NCBI GenBank assembly: GCA_964016885.1
Contig: OZ024745.1
Span: forward strand, 128,960,001-129,024,000
Length of the DNA: 64,000 bases
Direction of reading: 5' to 3'
DNA from: Eledone cirrhosa
Lineage: Eukaryota
Under the pieces are notes generated by a model, which worked only from the letters and a program-made list of their open reading frames with translations, ran no database searches and was not told the DNA's origin. This document shows positions 53,068-64,000 of the stretch, in pieces; the stretch's first letter is position 1, and every line of letters begins with the position of its first letter. The translations under genes and the position numbers were made by a program.

Positions 53068-56000
53068 GTGTTGATGTTGGTGTTGGTGGTGTTAGTGGTA
53101 ATGTTGGTGGTGTTAGTGTTGGTGGTGTTAGTGGTGTTAGTGGTAGTGTTGGTGTTAGTGTTGGTGGTGTTAGTGGTGTTAGTGGTAATGTTGGTGGTGT
53201 TAGTGGTAATGTTGGTGGTGTTAGTGGTAATGTTGGTGGTGTTAGTGGTAGTGTTGGTGTTAGTGTTGGTGGTGTTAGTGGTGTTAGTGGTAATGTTGGT
53301 GGTGTTAGTGGTAATGTTGGTGGTGTTAGTGGTAATGTTGGTGGTATTAGTGGTTATAGTGGTAATGTTGGTGGTGTTAGTGGTGTTAGTGGTGTTAGTG
53401 GTGTTAGTGGTGTTAGTGGTGTTAGTGGTAATGTTAGTGGTGTTAGTGGTAATGTTAGTGGTGTTAGTGGTGTTAGTGGTGTTAGTGGTGTTAGTGGTAA
53501 TGTTGGTGGTGTTAGTGGTGTTAGTGGTGTTAGTGGTGTTAGTGGTGTTAGTGGTAATGTTGGTGGTGTTAGTGGTGTTAGTGGTGTTAGTGGTAATGTT
53601 AGTGGTGTTAGTGGTGTTAGTGGTAATGTTGGTGGTGTTAGTGGTGTTAGTGGTGTTAGTGGTGTTAGTGGTAATGTTAGTGGTGTTAGTGGTGTTAGTG
53701 GTGTTAGTGGTGTTAGTGGTAATGTTGGTGGTGTTAGTGGTGTTAGTGGTGTTAGTGGTAATGTTAGTGGTGTTAGTGGTGTTAGTGGTAATGTTGGTGG
53801 TGTTAGTGGTGTTAGTGGTGTTAGTGGTGTTAGTGGTAATGTTAGTGGTGTTAGTGGTGTTAGTGGTGTTAGTGGTGTTAGTGGTGTTAGTGGTAATGTT
53901 GGTGGTGTTAGTGGTGTTAGTGGTGTTAGTGGTAATGTTGGTGGTGTTAGTGGTGTTAGTGGTAATGTTAGTGGTGTTAGTGGTGTTAGTGGTGTTAGTG
54001 GTGTTAGTGGTAATGTTGGTGGTGTTAGTGGTGTTAGTGGTGTTAGTGGTAATGTTAGTGGTGTTAGTGGTGTTAGTGGTAATGTTGGTGGTGTTAGTGG
54101 TGTTAGTGGTGTTAGTGGTGTTAGTGGTAATGTTAGTGGTGTTAGTGGTGTTAGTGGTGTTAGTGGTGTTAGTGGTAATGTTGGTGGTGTTAGTGGTGTT
54201 AGTGGTGTTAGTGGTAATGTTAGTGGTGTTAGTGGTGTTAGTGGTGTTAGTGGTGTTAGTGGTGTTAGTGGTAATGTTAGTGGTGTTAGTGGTAATGTTG
54301 GTGGTGTTAGTGGTGTTAGTGGTGTTAGTGGTAATGTTAGTGGTGTTAGTGGTGTTAGTGGCAATGTTGGTGGTGTTAGTGGTGTTAGTGGTAATGTTAG
54401 TGGTGTTAGTGGTAATGTTGGTGGTGTTAGTGGTGTTAGTGGTAATGTTGGTGGTGTTAGTGGTGTTAGTGGTAATGTTGGTGGTGTTAGTGGTGTTAGT
54501 GGTAATGTTAGTGGTGTTAGTGGTGTTAGTGGTAATGTTGGTGGTGTTAGTGGTGTTAGTGGTGTTAGTGGTAATGTTAGTGGTGTTAGTGGTGTTAGTG
54601 GTGGTTGTGGTATGGTTTGGGTGTTGTGTAGTGGGTTTGGTTGTGGTGGTGTTGTGGTGTTAGTGTGGGTGTGTGTGGTGTTAGTGGTTGGTGTTGTGGG
54701 TTAGTGGTTTGGTGGTGGTTTGTGGTGTTAGTGGTATGGTGGGTGGTGTTAGTGGTGTTAGTGGTAATGTTGTGGTGTTTGTGGTAATGGTGGTGGTTTG
54801 TGTTAGTGTTGGTGGTGTTAGTGTTGGTGTTGGTGGTGTTAGTGTTGGTGGTGTTAGTGTTAGTGTTGGTGGTGTTAGTGTTGGTGTTGGTGGTGTTAGT
54901 GTTGGTGTTGGTGGTGTTAGTGTTAGTGTTGGTGGTGTTAGTGTTGGTGGTGGTGGTGGTGGTGGTGGTGGTGTTAGTGTTCGTGGTGTTGGTGTTGGTG
55001 GTGTTAGTGTTGGTGGTGTTAGTGTTGGTGTTGGTGGTGTTAGTGTTAGTGTTGGTGGTGTTAGTGTTGGTGGTGGTGGTGTTAGTGTTGGTGGTGTTAG
55101 TGTTGGTGTTGGTGGTGTTAGTGTTGGTGGTGGTGGTGGTGGTGGTGTTAGTGTTGGTGGCGTTAGTGTTAGTGTTGGTGGTGTTAGTGTTAGTGTTGGT
55201 GGTGTTAGTGTTAGTGTTGGTGGTGTTAGTGTTGGTGGTGGTGGTGGTGTTAGTGTTGGTGGTGTTAGTGTTGGTGTTGGTGGTGTTAGTGTTGGTGGTG
55301 TTAGTGTTGGTGTTGGTGGTGTTAGTGTTGGTGTTGGTGGTGTTAGTGTTGGTGGTGTTAGTGTTGGTGTTGGTGGTGTTAGTGTTGGTGTTGGTGGTGT
55401 TAGTGTTGGTGGTGTTAGTGTTGGTGTTGGTGGTGTTAGTGTTGGTGTTGGTGGTGTTAGTGTTGGTGGTGTTAGTGTTGGTGTTGGTGGTGTTAGTGTT
55501 GGTGTTGGTGTTGGTGGTGTTAGTGTTGGTGTTGGTGGTGTTAGTGTTGGTGTTGGTGGTGTTAGTGTTGGTGGTGTTAGTGTTGGTGTTGGTGGTGTTA
55601 GTGTTGGTGTTGGTGGTGTTAGTGTTGGTGGTCTTAGTGTTAGTGTTGGTGTTGGTGGTGGTGGTGGTGTTAGTGTTGGTGGTGTTAGTGTTGGTGTTGG
55701 TGGTGTTAGTGTTGGTGGTGTTAGTGTTAGTGTTGGTGTTGGTGGTGGTGGTGTTAGTGTTTGTGGTGCTAGTGTTGGTGTTGGTGGTGTTAGTGTTGGT
55801 GGTGTTAGTGTTGGTGTTGGTGGTGTTAGTGTTGGTGTTGGTGGTGTTAGTGTTGGTGTTGGTGGTGTTAGTGTTGGTGGTGTTAGTGTTGGTGTTGGTG
55901 GTGTTAGTGTTGGTGTTGGTGGTGTTAGTGTTGGTGGTGTTAGTGTTGGTGTTGGTGGTGTTAGTGTTGGTGTTGGTGGTGTTAGTGTTAGTGTTGGTGT

Positions 56001-57935
56001 TGGTGGTGGTGGTGTTAGTGTTGGTGGTGTTAGTGTTGGTGTTGGTGGTGGTGGTGTTAGTGTTGGTGGTGTTAGTGTTGGTGGTGTTAGTGTTAGTGTT
56101 GGTGTTGGTTGTGGTGGTGTTAGTGTTGGTGGTGTTAGTGTTGGTGTTGGTGGTGTTAGTGTTGGTGGTGTTAGTGTTGGTGGTGTTAGTGTTGTTGTTG
56201 GTGGTGTTAGTGTTGGTGTTGGTTGTGTTAGTGTTGATGGTGTTAGTGTTGGTGGTGTTAGTGTTGGTGTTGGTGGTGTTAGTGTTAGTGTTGGTGTTGG
56301 TGGTGTTAGTGTTGGTGGTGGTGGTGTTAGTGTTGGTGTTGGTGGTGTTAGTGTTAGTGTTGGTGTTGGTGGTGTTAGTGTTGGTGTTGGTGGTGTTAGT
56401 GTTGGTGGTGTTAGTGTTGGTGTTGGTGGTGTTAGTGTTAGTGTTGGTGTTGGTGGTGTTAGTGTTAGTGTTGGTTGTGTTAGTGTTGATGGTGTTAGTG
56501 TTGGTGGTGTTAGTGTTGGTGTTGGTGGTGTTAGTGTTAGTGTTGGTGTTGGTGGTGTTAGTGTTGGTGTTGGTTGTGTTAGTGTTGATGGTGTTAGTGT
56601 TGGTGGTGTTAGTGTTGGTGTTGGTGGTGTTAGTGTTAGTGTTGGTGTTGGTGGTGTTAGTGTTGGTGTTGGTTGTGTTAGTGTTGATGGTGTTAGTGTT
56701 GGTGGTGTTAGTGTTGGTGTTGGTGGTGTTAGTGTTAGTGTTGGTGTTGGTGGTGTTAGTGTTGGTGTTGGTGGTGTTAGTGTTGGTGTTGGTGGTGTTA
56801 GTGTTAGTGTTGGTGTTGTGGTGTTAGTGTTGGTGTTGATGGTGGTGTTGGTGTTGGTGTTGGTGGTGTTAGTGTTAGTGTTGGTGTTGGTGGTGTTAGT
56901 GTTAGTGTTGGTGTTGGTGGTGTTAGTGTTGGTGTTGGTGGTGTTAGTGTTGGTGTTGGTGTTGGTGGTGTTAGTGTTAGTGTTGGTGTTGGTGGTGTTA
57001 GTGTTGGTGTTGGTGGTGTTAGTGTTGGTGTTGGTGGTGTTAGTGTTAGTGTTGGTGTTGGTGGTGTTAGTGTTGGTGTTGGTTGTGTTAGTGTTGATGG
57101 TGTTAGTGTTGGTGGTGTTAGTGTTGGTGTTGGTGGTGTTAGTGTTAGTGTTGGTGTTGGTGGTGTTAGTGTTGGTGTTGGTTGTGTTAGTGTTGATGGT
57201 GTTAGTGTTGGTGGTGTTAGTGTTGGTGTTGGTGGTGTTAGTGTTAGTGTTGGTGTTGGTGGTGTTAGTGTTGGTGTTGGTGGTGTTAGTGTTGGTGTTG
57301 GTGGTGTTAGTGTTAGTGTTGGTGTTGTGGTGTTAGTGTTGGTGTTGATGGTGGTGTTGGTGTTGGTGTTGGTGGTGTTAGTGTTAGTGTTGGTGTTGGT
57401 GGTGTTAGTGTTGGTGTTGGTGGTGTTAGTGTTAGTGTTGGTGTTGGTGGTGTTAGTGTTGGTGTTGGTGGTGTTAGTGTTGGTGTTGGTGTTGGTGGTG
57501 TTAGTGTTAGTGTTGGTGTTGGTGGTGTTAGTGTTGGTGTTGGTGGTGTTAGTGTTAGTGTTGGTGTTGGTGGTGTTAGTGTTGGTGTTGGTGGTGTTAG
57601 TGTTGGTGTTGGTGGTGTTAGTGTTAGTGTTGGTGTTGGTGTTGATGTTGGTGTTGGTGTTGGTGGTGTTAGTGTTAGTGTTGGTGGTGTTAGTGTTGGT
57701 GTTGGTGGTGTTAGTGTTGATGGTGTTAGTATTGGTGGTGTTAGTGGTGGTGTTAGTGTTGGTGGTGTTAGTGTTGGTGGCGTTAGTGTTGGTGTTGTGG
57801 TGTTAGTGTTGGTGTTGGTGGTGTTAGTGTTGGTGTTGGTGGTGTTAGTGTTGGTGGTGTTAGTGTTGGTGTTGGTGGTGTTAGTGTTGGTGTTGGTGGT
57901 GTTATTGTTGGTGGTGTTGATGATTGTTGTGTTTG
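53068..57935. repeat. 4.9-kb GT-rich trinucleotide mosaic (GGT/GTT/AGT/AAT)
   Basis: Domain 1 is GGTGTTAGT with AAT variants up to ~54600. Domain 2 is GTTAGTGTTGGTGGT-type from ~54790. Confidence 0.95.
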
Positions 57936-58394
57936 TGTTGGTCTTAGTTGTTTTTGTGTTGGGTTGTATTAATGCTGGTGATGTTGGTGTTAGTGTTTAC
58001 GTTGTTGTTGGTGATGGTGGTGTTGGTATAATTAGTGGTGTTGTTTGTACAATCGTTGATTTCATCTGTTGCTGTTTAGCCCAAGGTCAACACTGATCAA
58101 CCTGCATTAGTTTTCGGAGAACTTTAGTCAATGAAGCATTTCTTTATTCAAGGAGGTCGGGCCTAATTTGTGAAAGATCTGGTTCGGTGGTCACATTTTA
58201 GCATATCCAGGAACAACATACATGCACCCTCATTGGATTGACCTTGATGTTCATTGATGAAGTTACTGATATCATTGGTGTGGTTTGTTGTCAGTTATGG
58301 TTGTTTAGCTTAAAGTTTGCTTTCTGAGCAGACCTATGATCTATTCCAACGCAATAACATTGACAACCACACTTTACCTATGTATTTATGTATG

Positions 58395-58806
58395 TATGAA
58401 GGCGTGGAATGGTGAATGATGGGTCTATAATTTTGAGGACAGACGCATAGAGCACGAGAAGATCAAACGGGATGTGCATAAGCAATGCCCTGGTCTATCT
58501 CTCGAAATGATCGGTGTCTCCATTGAATTGAAGTGCCCTGAGTATGGAAACATTTGCTTGAGCAAATCTGGTCTCAGGAGCCATAGTAGTAGCCATGTTC
58601 AAAGAGAACCAGTGAACTATCATCTCCACGGTATTGTGAGGGTTCACAGGCAACCTGATGCAGGACCTCAAGCCAGGGAGATCCACAGTTGTCGTCAGTG
58701 AGTGAAGGAGTGCAAGTCTCTAGAAGGCTTGAAAAGCCATATCCGAGCGTCACACATCTGAATCTGACAAGCGATTGCAATACTCTTGGCAGAGTTTGCA
58801 GCCATC

Positions 58807-58839
<33 letters not shown>

Positions 58840-59385
58840 TGTATGTATGTATGTATGTATGTATGTATGTATGTATGTATGTATGTATGTATGTATGTAT
58901 GTATGTATGTATGTATGTATGTATGTATGTATGTATGTATGTATGTATGTATGCATGCATGCATGCATGCATGCATGTATGTATGTATGTATGTATGTAT
59001 GTATGTATGTATGTATGTATGTATGTATGTATGTATGCATGCATGCATGCATGCATGCATGTATGTATGTATATATGCATGTATGTATGTATGTATGTAT
59101 GTATGTATGTATGTATGTATGCATGCATGCATGCATGTATGTATGTATGTATGTATGTATGTATGTATGTATGTATGTATGTATGTATGTATGTATGTAT
59201 GTATGTATGTATGCTACTCAGCATAGAGAGTGTAAATCAGCAGGAGGGCTCAAACGACATGCAACAGTACATGAACTCCAACCACGGCCAGCTCTTCCCA
59301 GTGAATGTTTTGGTTGCCAACTCTGTGCAAGACGTTTTAGATCATTGGCTGGTCTAAAAAGTCACATTCGATCGCAGCGCTGTTA
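58395..59385 (+). mobile_element. Stacked RTE LINE C-terminal fragments with C2H2-like fingers around a (TATG)n tract (58812-59213)
   Basis: KCPEYGNICLSKSGLRSHSSSH; KECKSLEGLKSHIRASHI*; RECKSAGGLKRHATVH..FGCQLCARRFRSLAGLKSHIRS. Confidence 0.65.
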
Positions 59386-59503
59386 ATTGCTATCGTGTGT
59401 GTGTGTGTAGATATGTTTATGTGTGTGTGTGTATATATATATATTATCATTGTTGTTGTTGTTGTTGTTGTTATTGTTATTATTATCATTATTATTATTA
59501 TGA

Positions 59504-60620
59504 TTTTTTTTCGTGCAACGGCCATACACGATAACGAGGGGGAAGCAATCATATATGTTCTCTCTTTCTCTTATATTTCGAGTATATTTCTGACCGGCCA
59601 CCTTCCAATTGGCAAGGTTGTAAATGAAAAGAAATTGTCATCCCTTGAATCGCAAGAATGTGTTTGCAAATTTTGAAGGTGCCAGCTATCGCAGCCATTT
59701 GTAGACTATGAATTAGGGAGCTGCGCTCTTTGTCCGCAAATCCAAGTTCAGTCATACTTTGGTCCAAGCGGGTTGGTATATAACCCGTAGCTCTATAATG
59801 ATGGGTATGAAGCTAAAGGTATATCTTGGATACTGGATTTGTAAACTCCTCATCAATGGTCCGTAGATGTCCTCCTTCTCCTGTATGTTTCTGACAACGT
59901 TTACATCAAGTGGGCAGCTGATCTCCACAACAGAACACGTTTTCAATGTGTGGTCCCAAACAACAATATCAGGCCGGTTGTGCTTTAATTTGGTGGCAGT
60001 TTTTATTTTCAGGTTCCACCAGTATTCCTTAGTGCCATCTGTCTCAATATATTCTTCCTCGTTTGTTGTTAATTTTGTGTTCCGAAGTGCGTTCCAGATG
60101 GTTCTAGCTATCCCATCGTGTCTCATGGTGAGGTAGTAGCGAGATGACATTCTTTTGCAGCTGGCAACAATGTGGCTTACATCCTCGATCTTTGTTTTAC
60201 ATAGCCTGCATTTATTGTCAGCTGATGGCCCTCCTCTTTTGTGCAGCAGATATTTGGTTGGAGTTCTTGTTCCTGTATTGCATAGAGATATCCCTCAAGG
60301 TGTGATGTCATAAACTTGTCGGAACTCCATGCCAGGCTTTTTGAGTGGTTTATCCCCTCTATGGTCTGTGTTTGTCTGTGTTTTACGTCTCAAGTATCCA
60401 TGCACAACTTTTTCCGTAAATTGGTCAATTTTTTCATTGAATAAGATCCTTGAATAGGATCTTCCGATTTCTCTGAGTGAGAGATTTATATCAGGCTTTA
60501 TTCCATATCTCTCCTCCAGATCAGTCGCTATCCTAATGATATATTTTTCTTCATGCTCATAAACCTGGGCAAGATGGTTGCCAACCTTTTTCCTCTGTTG
60601 AACATGTTGCTTCAGTGTTA
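59504..60620 (-). mobile_element. R4/Dong-type non-LTR retrotransposon, 5'-truncated (CCHC knuckle + restriction-like endonuclease)
   Basis: CRLCKTKIEDVSHIVASC, RHDGIA, HNRPDIVVWD..VEISCP..EKEDIY, IPIII(G)ATG with a 1-bp frameshift near 59792. Stop at 59638-59640, then an A8 tail and (TAA)n. Confidence 0.85.
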
Positions 60621-61209
60621 CATACTATGTATGTACGTATGTACGTATGAATGTACGTATGTATGTATATATGTATGTACGTATGTAGGTTATTCTGGTT
60701 TTATAATTTCACAGTTTTTTGCCAATAGAGTCGGTTTCTAACATAGGTACAAGACTCTCTCATTTACACAAAATCCACTAAGTATGTATACATGTCTGCA
60801 TGCATGCGTGTGTGTACAGGTATGGATGTTATTGTATGTGTGGATTGTATGTTTTGAGTTATATGTGTGCATGTTCATATGCTTCGTATCTATACAAATG
60901 TATATGCAGTTATTAGATGCAGAATATGTATGTTTGTGTACAGATATAACTTTGTGTCAATATATATATTTAAATATACACGGGTGTGTATGATTGTATA
61001 TAGAAGATTATATTAATAAAAGGAATTCCAACTTTGTCTGATTTACTCATTTTATTTACAATCCTTTAAAATTTATAATAGTATTAGAATGAAATAGTAT
61101 GGTAGAATATTAAATGTTAAGTGTTAATTGAACAAGTACTTTCATGCTTTCGCAATCTTCAGGTTCTTATTGTGTAGTGACAGTCAAGTTTGCAATTTTA
61201 TATATATAT

Positions 61210-61797
61210 AAGTATGTACACGTACATACATATATGTATACAGACGCACAGTAGTATGTATATATATATATACATACATGCACATATATATATATATGTA
61301 CGTATGGATTCACCGAACATTTATTATAATGCTCGGTGTGTTTGTAAACGAACATCCCGTATTAAGCCATAGTGTCCAGCAACCATCGTTGCTCGTTTGT
61401 TCAACACTGACAAAGGAACGCTGTACTAGTTTCAAGCTTATTAGCTATCATCAGCAAAGTATACCTTCCTTCCACAATCTGGCAGGAAGGTATACGTTGC
61501 TGATGATAGCTAATAAGCTTGAAACTAGTACAGCGTTCCTTTGTCAGTGTTGAACAAACGAGCAACGATGGTTGCTGGACACTATGGCTTAATACGGGAT
61601 GTTTGTTTACAAACACACCGAGCATTATAATAAATGTTCGGTGAATCCATACGTACATATATATATGGGTGCATGTATGTATATATATATACATACTACT
61701 GTACGTCTGTATACATATTTGTATGTACGTGTACATACTTATATTTAAGTAACAGCCGTACTAAGAGTGGGAAATGAAATTTCGTTTCATTTTTTCC

Positions 61798-61800
<3 letters not shown>
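61210..61800 (+). mobile_element. PLE-like family E fold-back dimer (arms ~61210-61470/61484-61742, plus 3' extension into (TA)n)
   Basis: ~260-bp inverted arms, with a hammerhead on each strand. Confidence 0.85.
61494..61536 (+). ncRNA. Intact minimal type I hammerhead ribozyme
   Basis: ACGUUG-CUGAUGA-U-AGCU-AAUA-AGCU-U-GAAA-CUAG-UA^CAGCGU. CUAG is palindromic, predicted cleavage after 61530. Confidence 0.8.
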
Positions 61801-61871
<71 letters not shown>

Positions 61872-61919
61872 TTAGGATTAGGAGAATATGATTAGGAAAA
61901 TCTGCTTCGTAGAATCAAG

Positions 61920-62013
61920 ACGTATCTGAGGACCTTGCAATTTTCAGAATCAGGTTCGATCATTACATCGATCGTGCCTCGAGCTGGTCGCCAGAGAAAC
62001 GATTGTAATATGT
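61920..62013 (+). ncRNA. Family D hammerhead motif with complete core
   Basis: ACGUAU-CUGAGGA-[~63 nt]-GAAA-C-GAUU-G-UA^AUAUGU, then AATAAA and (TA)n at 62060. Confidence 0.65.
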
Positions 62014-62056
62014 ACAATAAATTCCATTCCTCGCAACACTGGTTCTCTTTTTTTCT

Positions 62057-62126
<70 letters not shown>

Positions 62127-64000
62127 CATACAAATATATACATAGATAAAACACACACATACAACCATATATAAGCATTTATATCTTTGTCATGCCATTA
62201 TACCATTATAGTCATATCAATCACATATACGCCATTACAGACTTTTACGTTTCACCTTACTTTTACTAATAAGTATCAAAATAATTCGTTATAGAGGACG
62301 AGCTGGGAGCTTAGCGCCAAATCACTTTACTTTACGCGCATGCATACAAATACACACACACACACACAATCCCGCACGCGTACACACATACACACACGTA
62401 CACACACTTACGCACACGCATTCACGGACACTCGTACAGACATTCGTATATTGAATATGCATATTTGTTGTTTAATCCCTGTTTATCCACAAGTAAAAGG
62501 AAATAGAAAAAAAATCATACATATACAACTCAATTTATATTCTGTCCTTTCTCGGGATTGGCAACAAGGATTGAATTGTAAATGTATATTATTATTTATT
62601 GACATACAAAGCCAAAGCAGAAGTTAATAAAATATGAGGACATAGTGAATATCGAAGCCTTAGTTCTTAAGTTAATGGACATCGCAATTACTGGCGTATA
62701 AGAAAGGTGTTGGAAACGCCAGAGTTCACGTATGCGTTTATACACACGTAGTTCGAAATATTTGAAAAAAATAATATTCAAGGCATGCATATTTTCGAAA
62801 GAATGTAATCGTTTTGCCTCTGCCTTTTTATGTTCCGAAGAAAAGATTTCGTGATCGAGTTAGCGGCAACTTAGAAATTTAGAATCAAAATCACAATAAA
62901 ACGTTTTTAAATACGCATGAAAAACAATGGAATATGGTTTAAAAAATAATATAAAAAACGAAAACAGCAATGATTAAATATGCTATACGGTAACACTAAC
63001 ATCAATAGCTTTATTCTTGATTAGCCCAAGGTCAGCCATGATCACGTAGACCTTTGATCAATAGCATTCCAACAAAGACCAACACGTATTCCTAGGCATA
63101 TCTGCGATATTACAGTATGCAATATGTCATCATGATGAAGATAATATGATGTGATTTGAGGGAGATTAAACTGCAAATTCTTACAGTTTGATCGACTATG
63201 CATAGGCACCTTTTTCGGTTCCTACTTCAGTGGTGTATTTTTCGTAGGCTCCATCTAGGTAATGGCAGTTATGAACTTCATACAGAAAGTTATTCTCTCT
63301 ATTGTTGTCTGTAAAATGTAGGCAACCCCATTAGAGCTATCATTTACCCCTTGATAGATGCTGGACTGGTTTGTGTTAAAAAAACGTACAAATATGGATT
63401 GCAAAAATAAAAGAATATATTATATATTGCATAAAATATCTAGACGTGCCATGTCTAAAGGAGACCGCCCGGAATATTGGTGAGTTGGCTGAAGAACAAT
63501 AGAATAGCTATTTCGAAAATAAACCTTCTTATGTATCGGGATAAAATACCACCTAGACAACAAACAAACTTTTGTGTGGTTTCACAACCTTCTAGAAATA
63601 GCAGCTATATATCCCTACAACGACAGCAACAACAAAAAACAAAAAAACAACAACAATGTTTGTTAGAAAAACATGACGAACCGATCAACAATCTTGGTGT
63701 GGATATCATATCAATATAATTGAAATATAATGAATATGAAAGCAGTAGAACAAATGCGCCTTACGCGGAATGCATGAGGGTTAATATTTAGAAGGTTGTT
63801 TCATCTTCTAAAACCAGTAGCTGGTTCACATCCCACTCTACCATTTTAAAAACGAGAAGATACATTGAATTATGTAGCCATATATACACTACCTAAAAAA
63901 AACAAAACTGTATGGTCACTGCTGGAATGCTTTAAATCATATATTCATGGCCGCCGCTAGGGCAATCAGCGCCCTAGGTCAACCATGTAGTGTGTCCTCT

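Noticed and set aside
53016-58096. Long ORFs of 336-882 aa (GVS/VLV/PLT repeats)
   Set aside because: They arise from stop-free triplet repeats open in several frames and strands, with no domain content.
58510-59386. C2H2 zinc-finger host gene
   Set aside because: The fingers are degenerate, fragmentary and followed by an RTE-type tail, so they fit LINE C-termini better.

Overview
Eukaryotic, AT-rich, microsatellite-dense non-coding DNA. The SINE repertoire suggests an octopod cephalopod (inference from recalled family sequences, not a search). I found no convincing host protein-coding exon, and almost every ORF in the track is a microsatellite artefact. Recognisable content: >20 copies of one tRNA-derived SINE, other SINEs, RTE LINE fragments (one 5'-inverted), an R4/Dong-type REL retrotransposon 3' end, CRE-like fragments, an internally deleted mariner with 100-bp TIRs, several minisatellites, a 4.9-kb GT-rich simple repeat and a 200-N scaffold gap. 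The main hidden signal is a dense set of short, non-coding, often fold-back elements from at least 8 unrelated sequence families. They carry type I hammerhead ribozyme folds (CUGANGA...GAAA...NUH closed by stem I, often with a palindromic loop III), and nearly all point their 3' end into a (TA)n or (CA)n tract. This fits microsatellite-targeting, non-autonomous Penelope-like/retrozyme-like elements. Diverged copies show compensatory changes, and some carry non-canonical cores (CAGAAGA, CCGAAGA). A separate unexplained ~120-bp GC-rich motif occurs in four diverged copies. All folds and alignments were done by eye.
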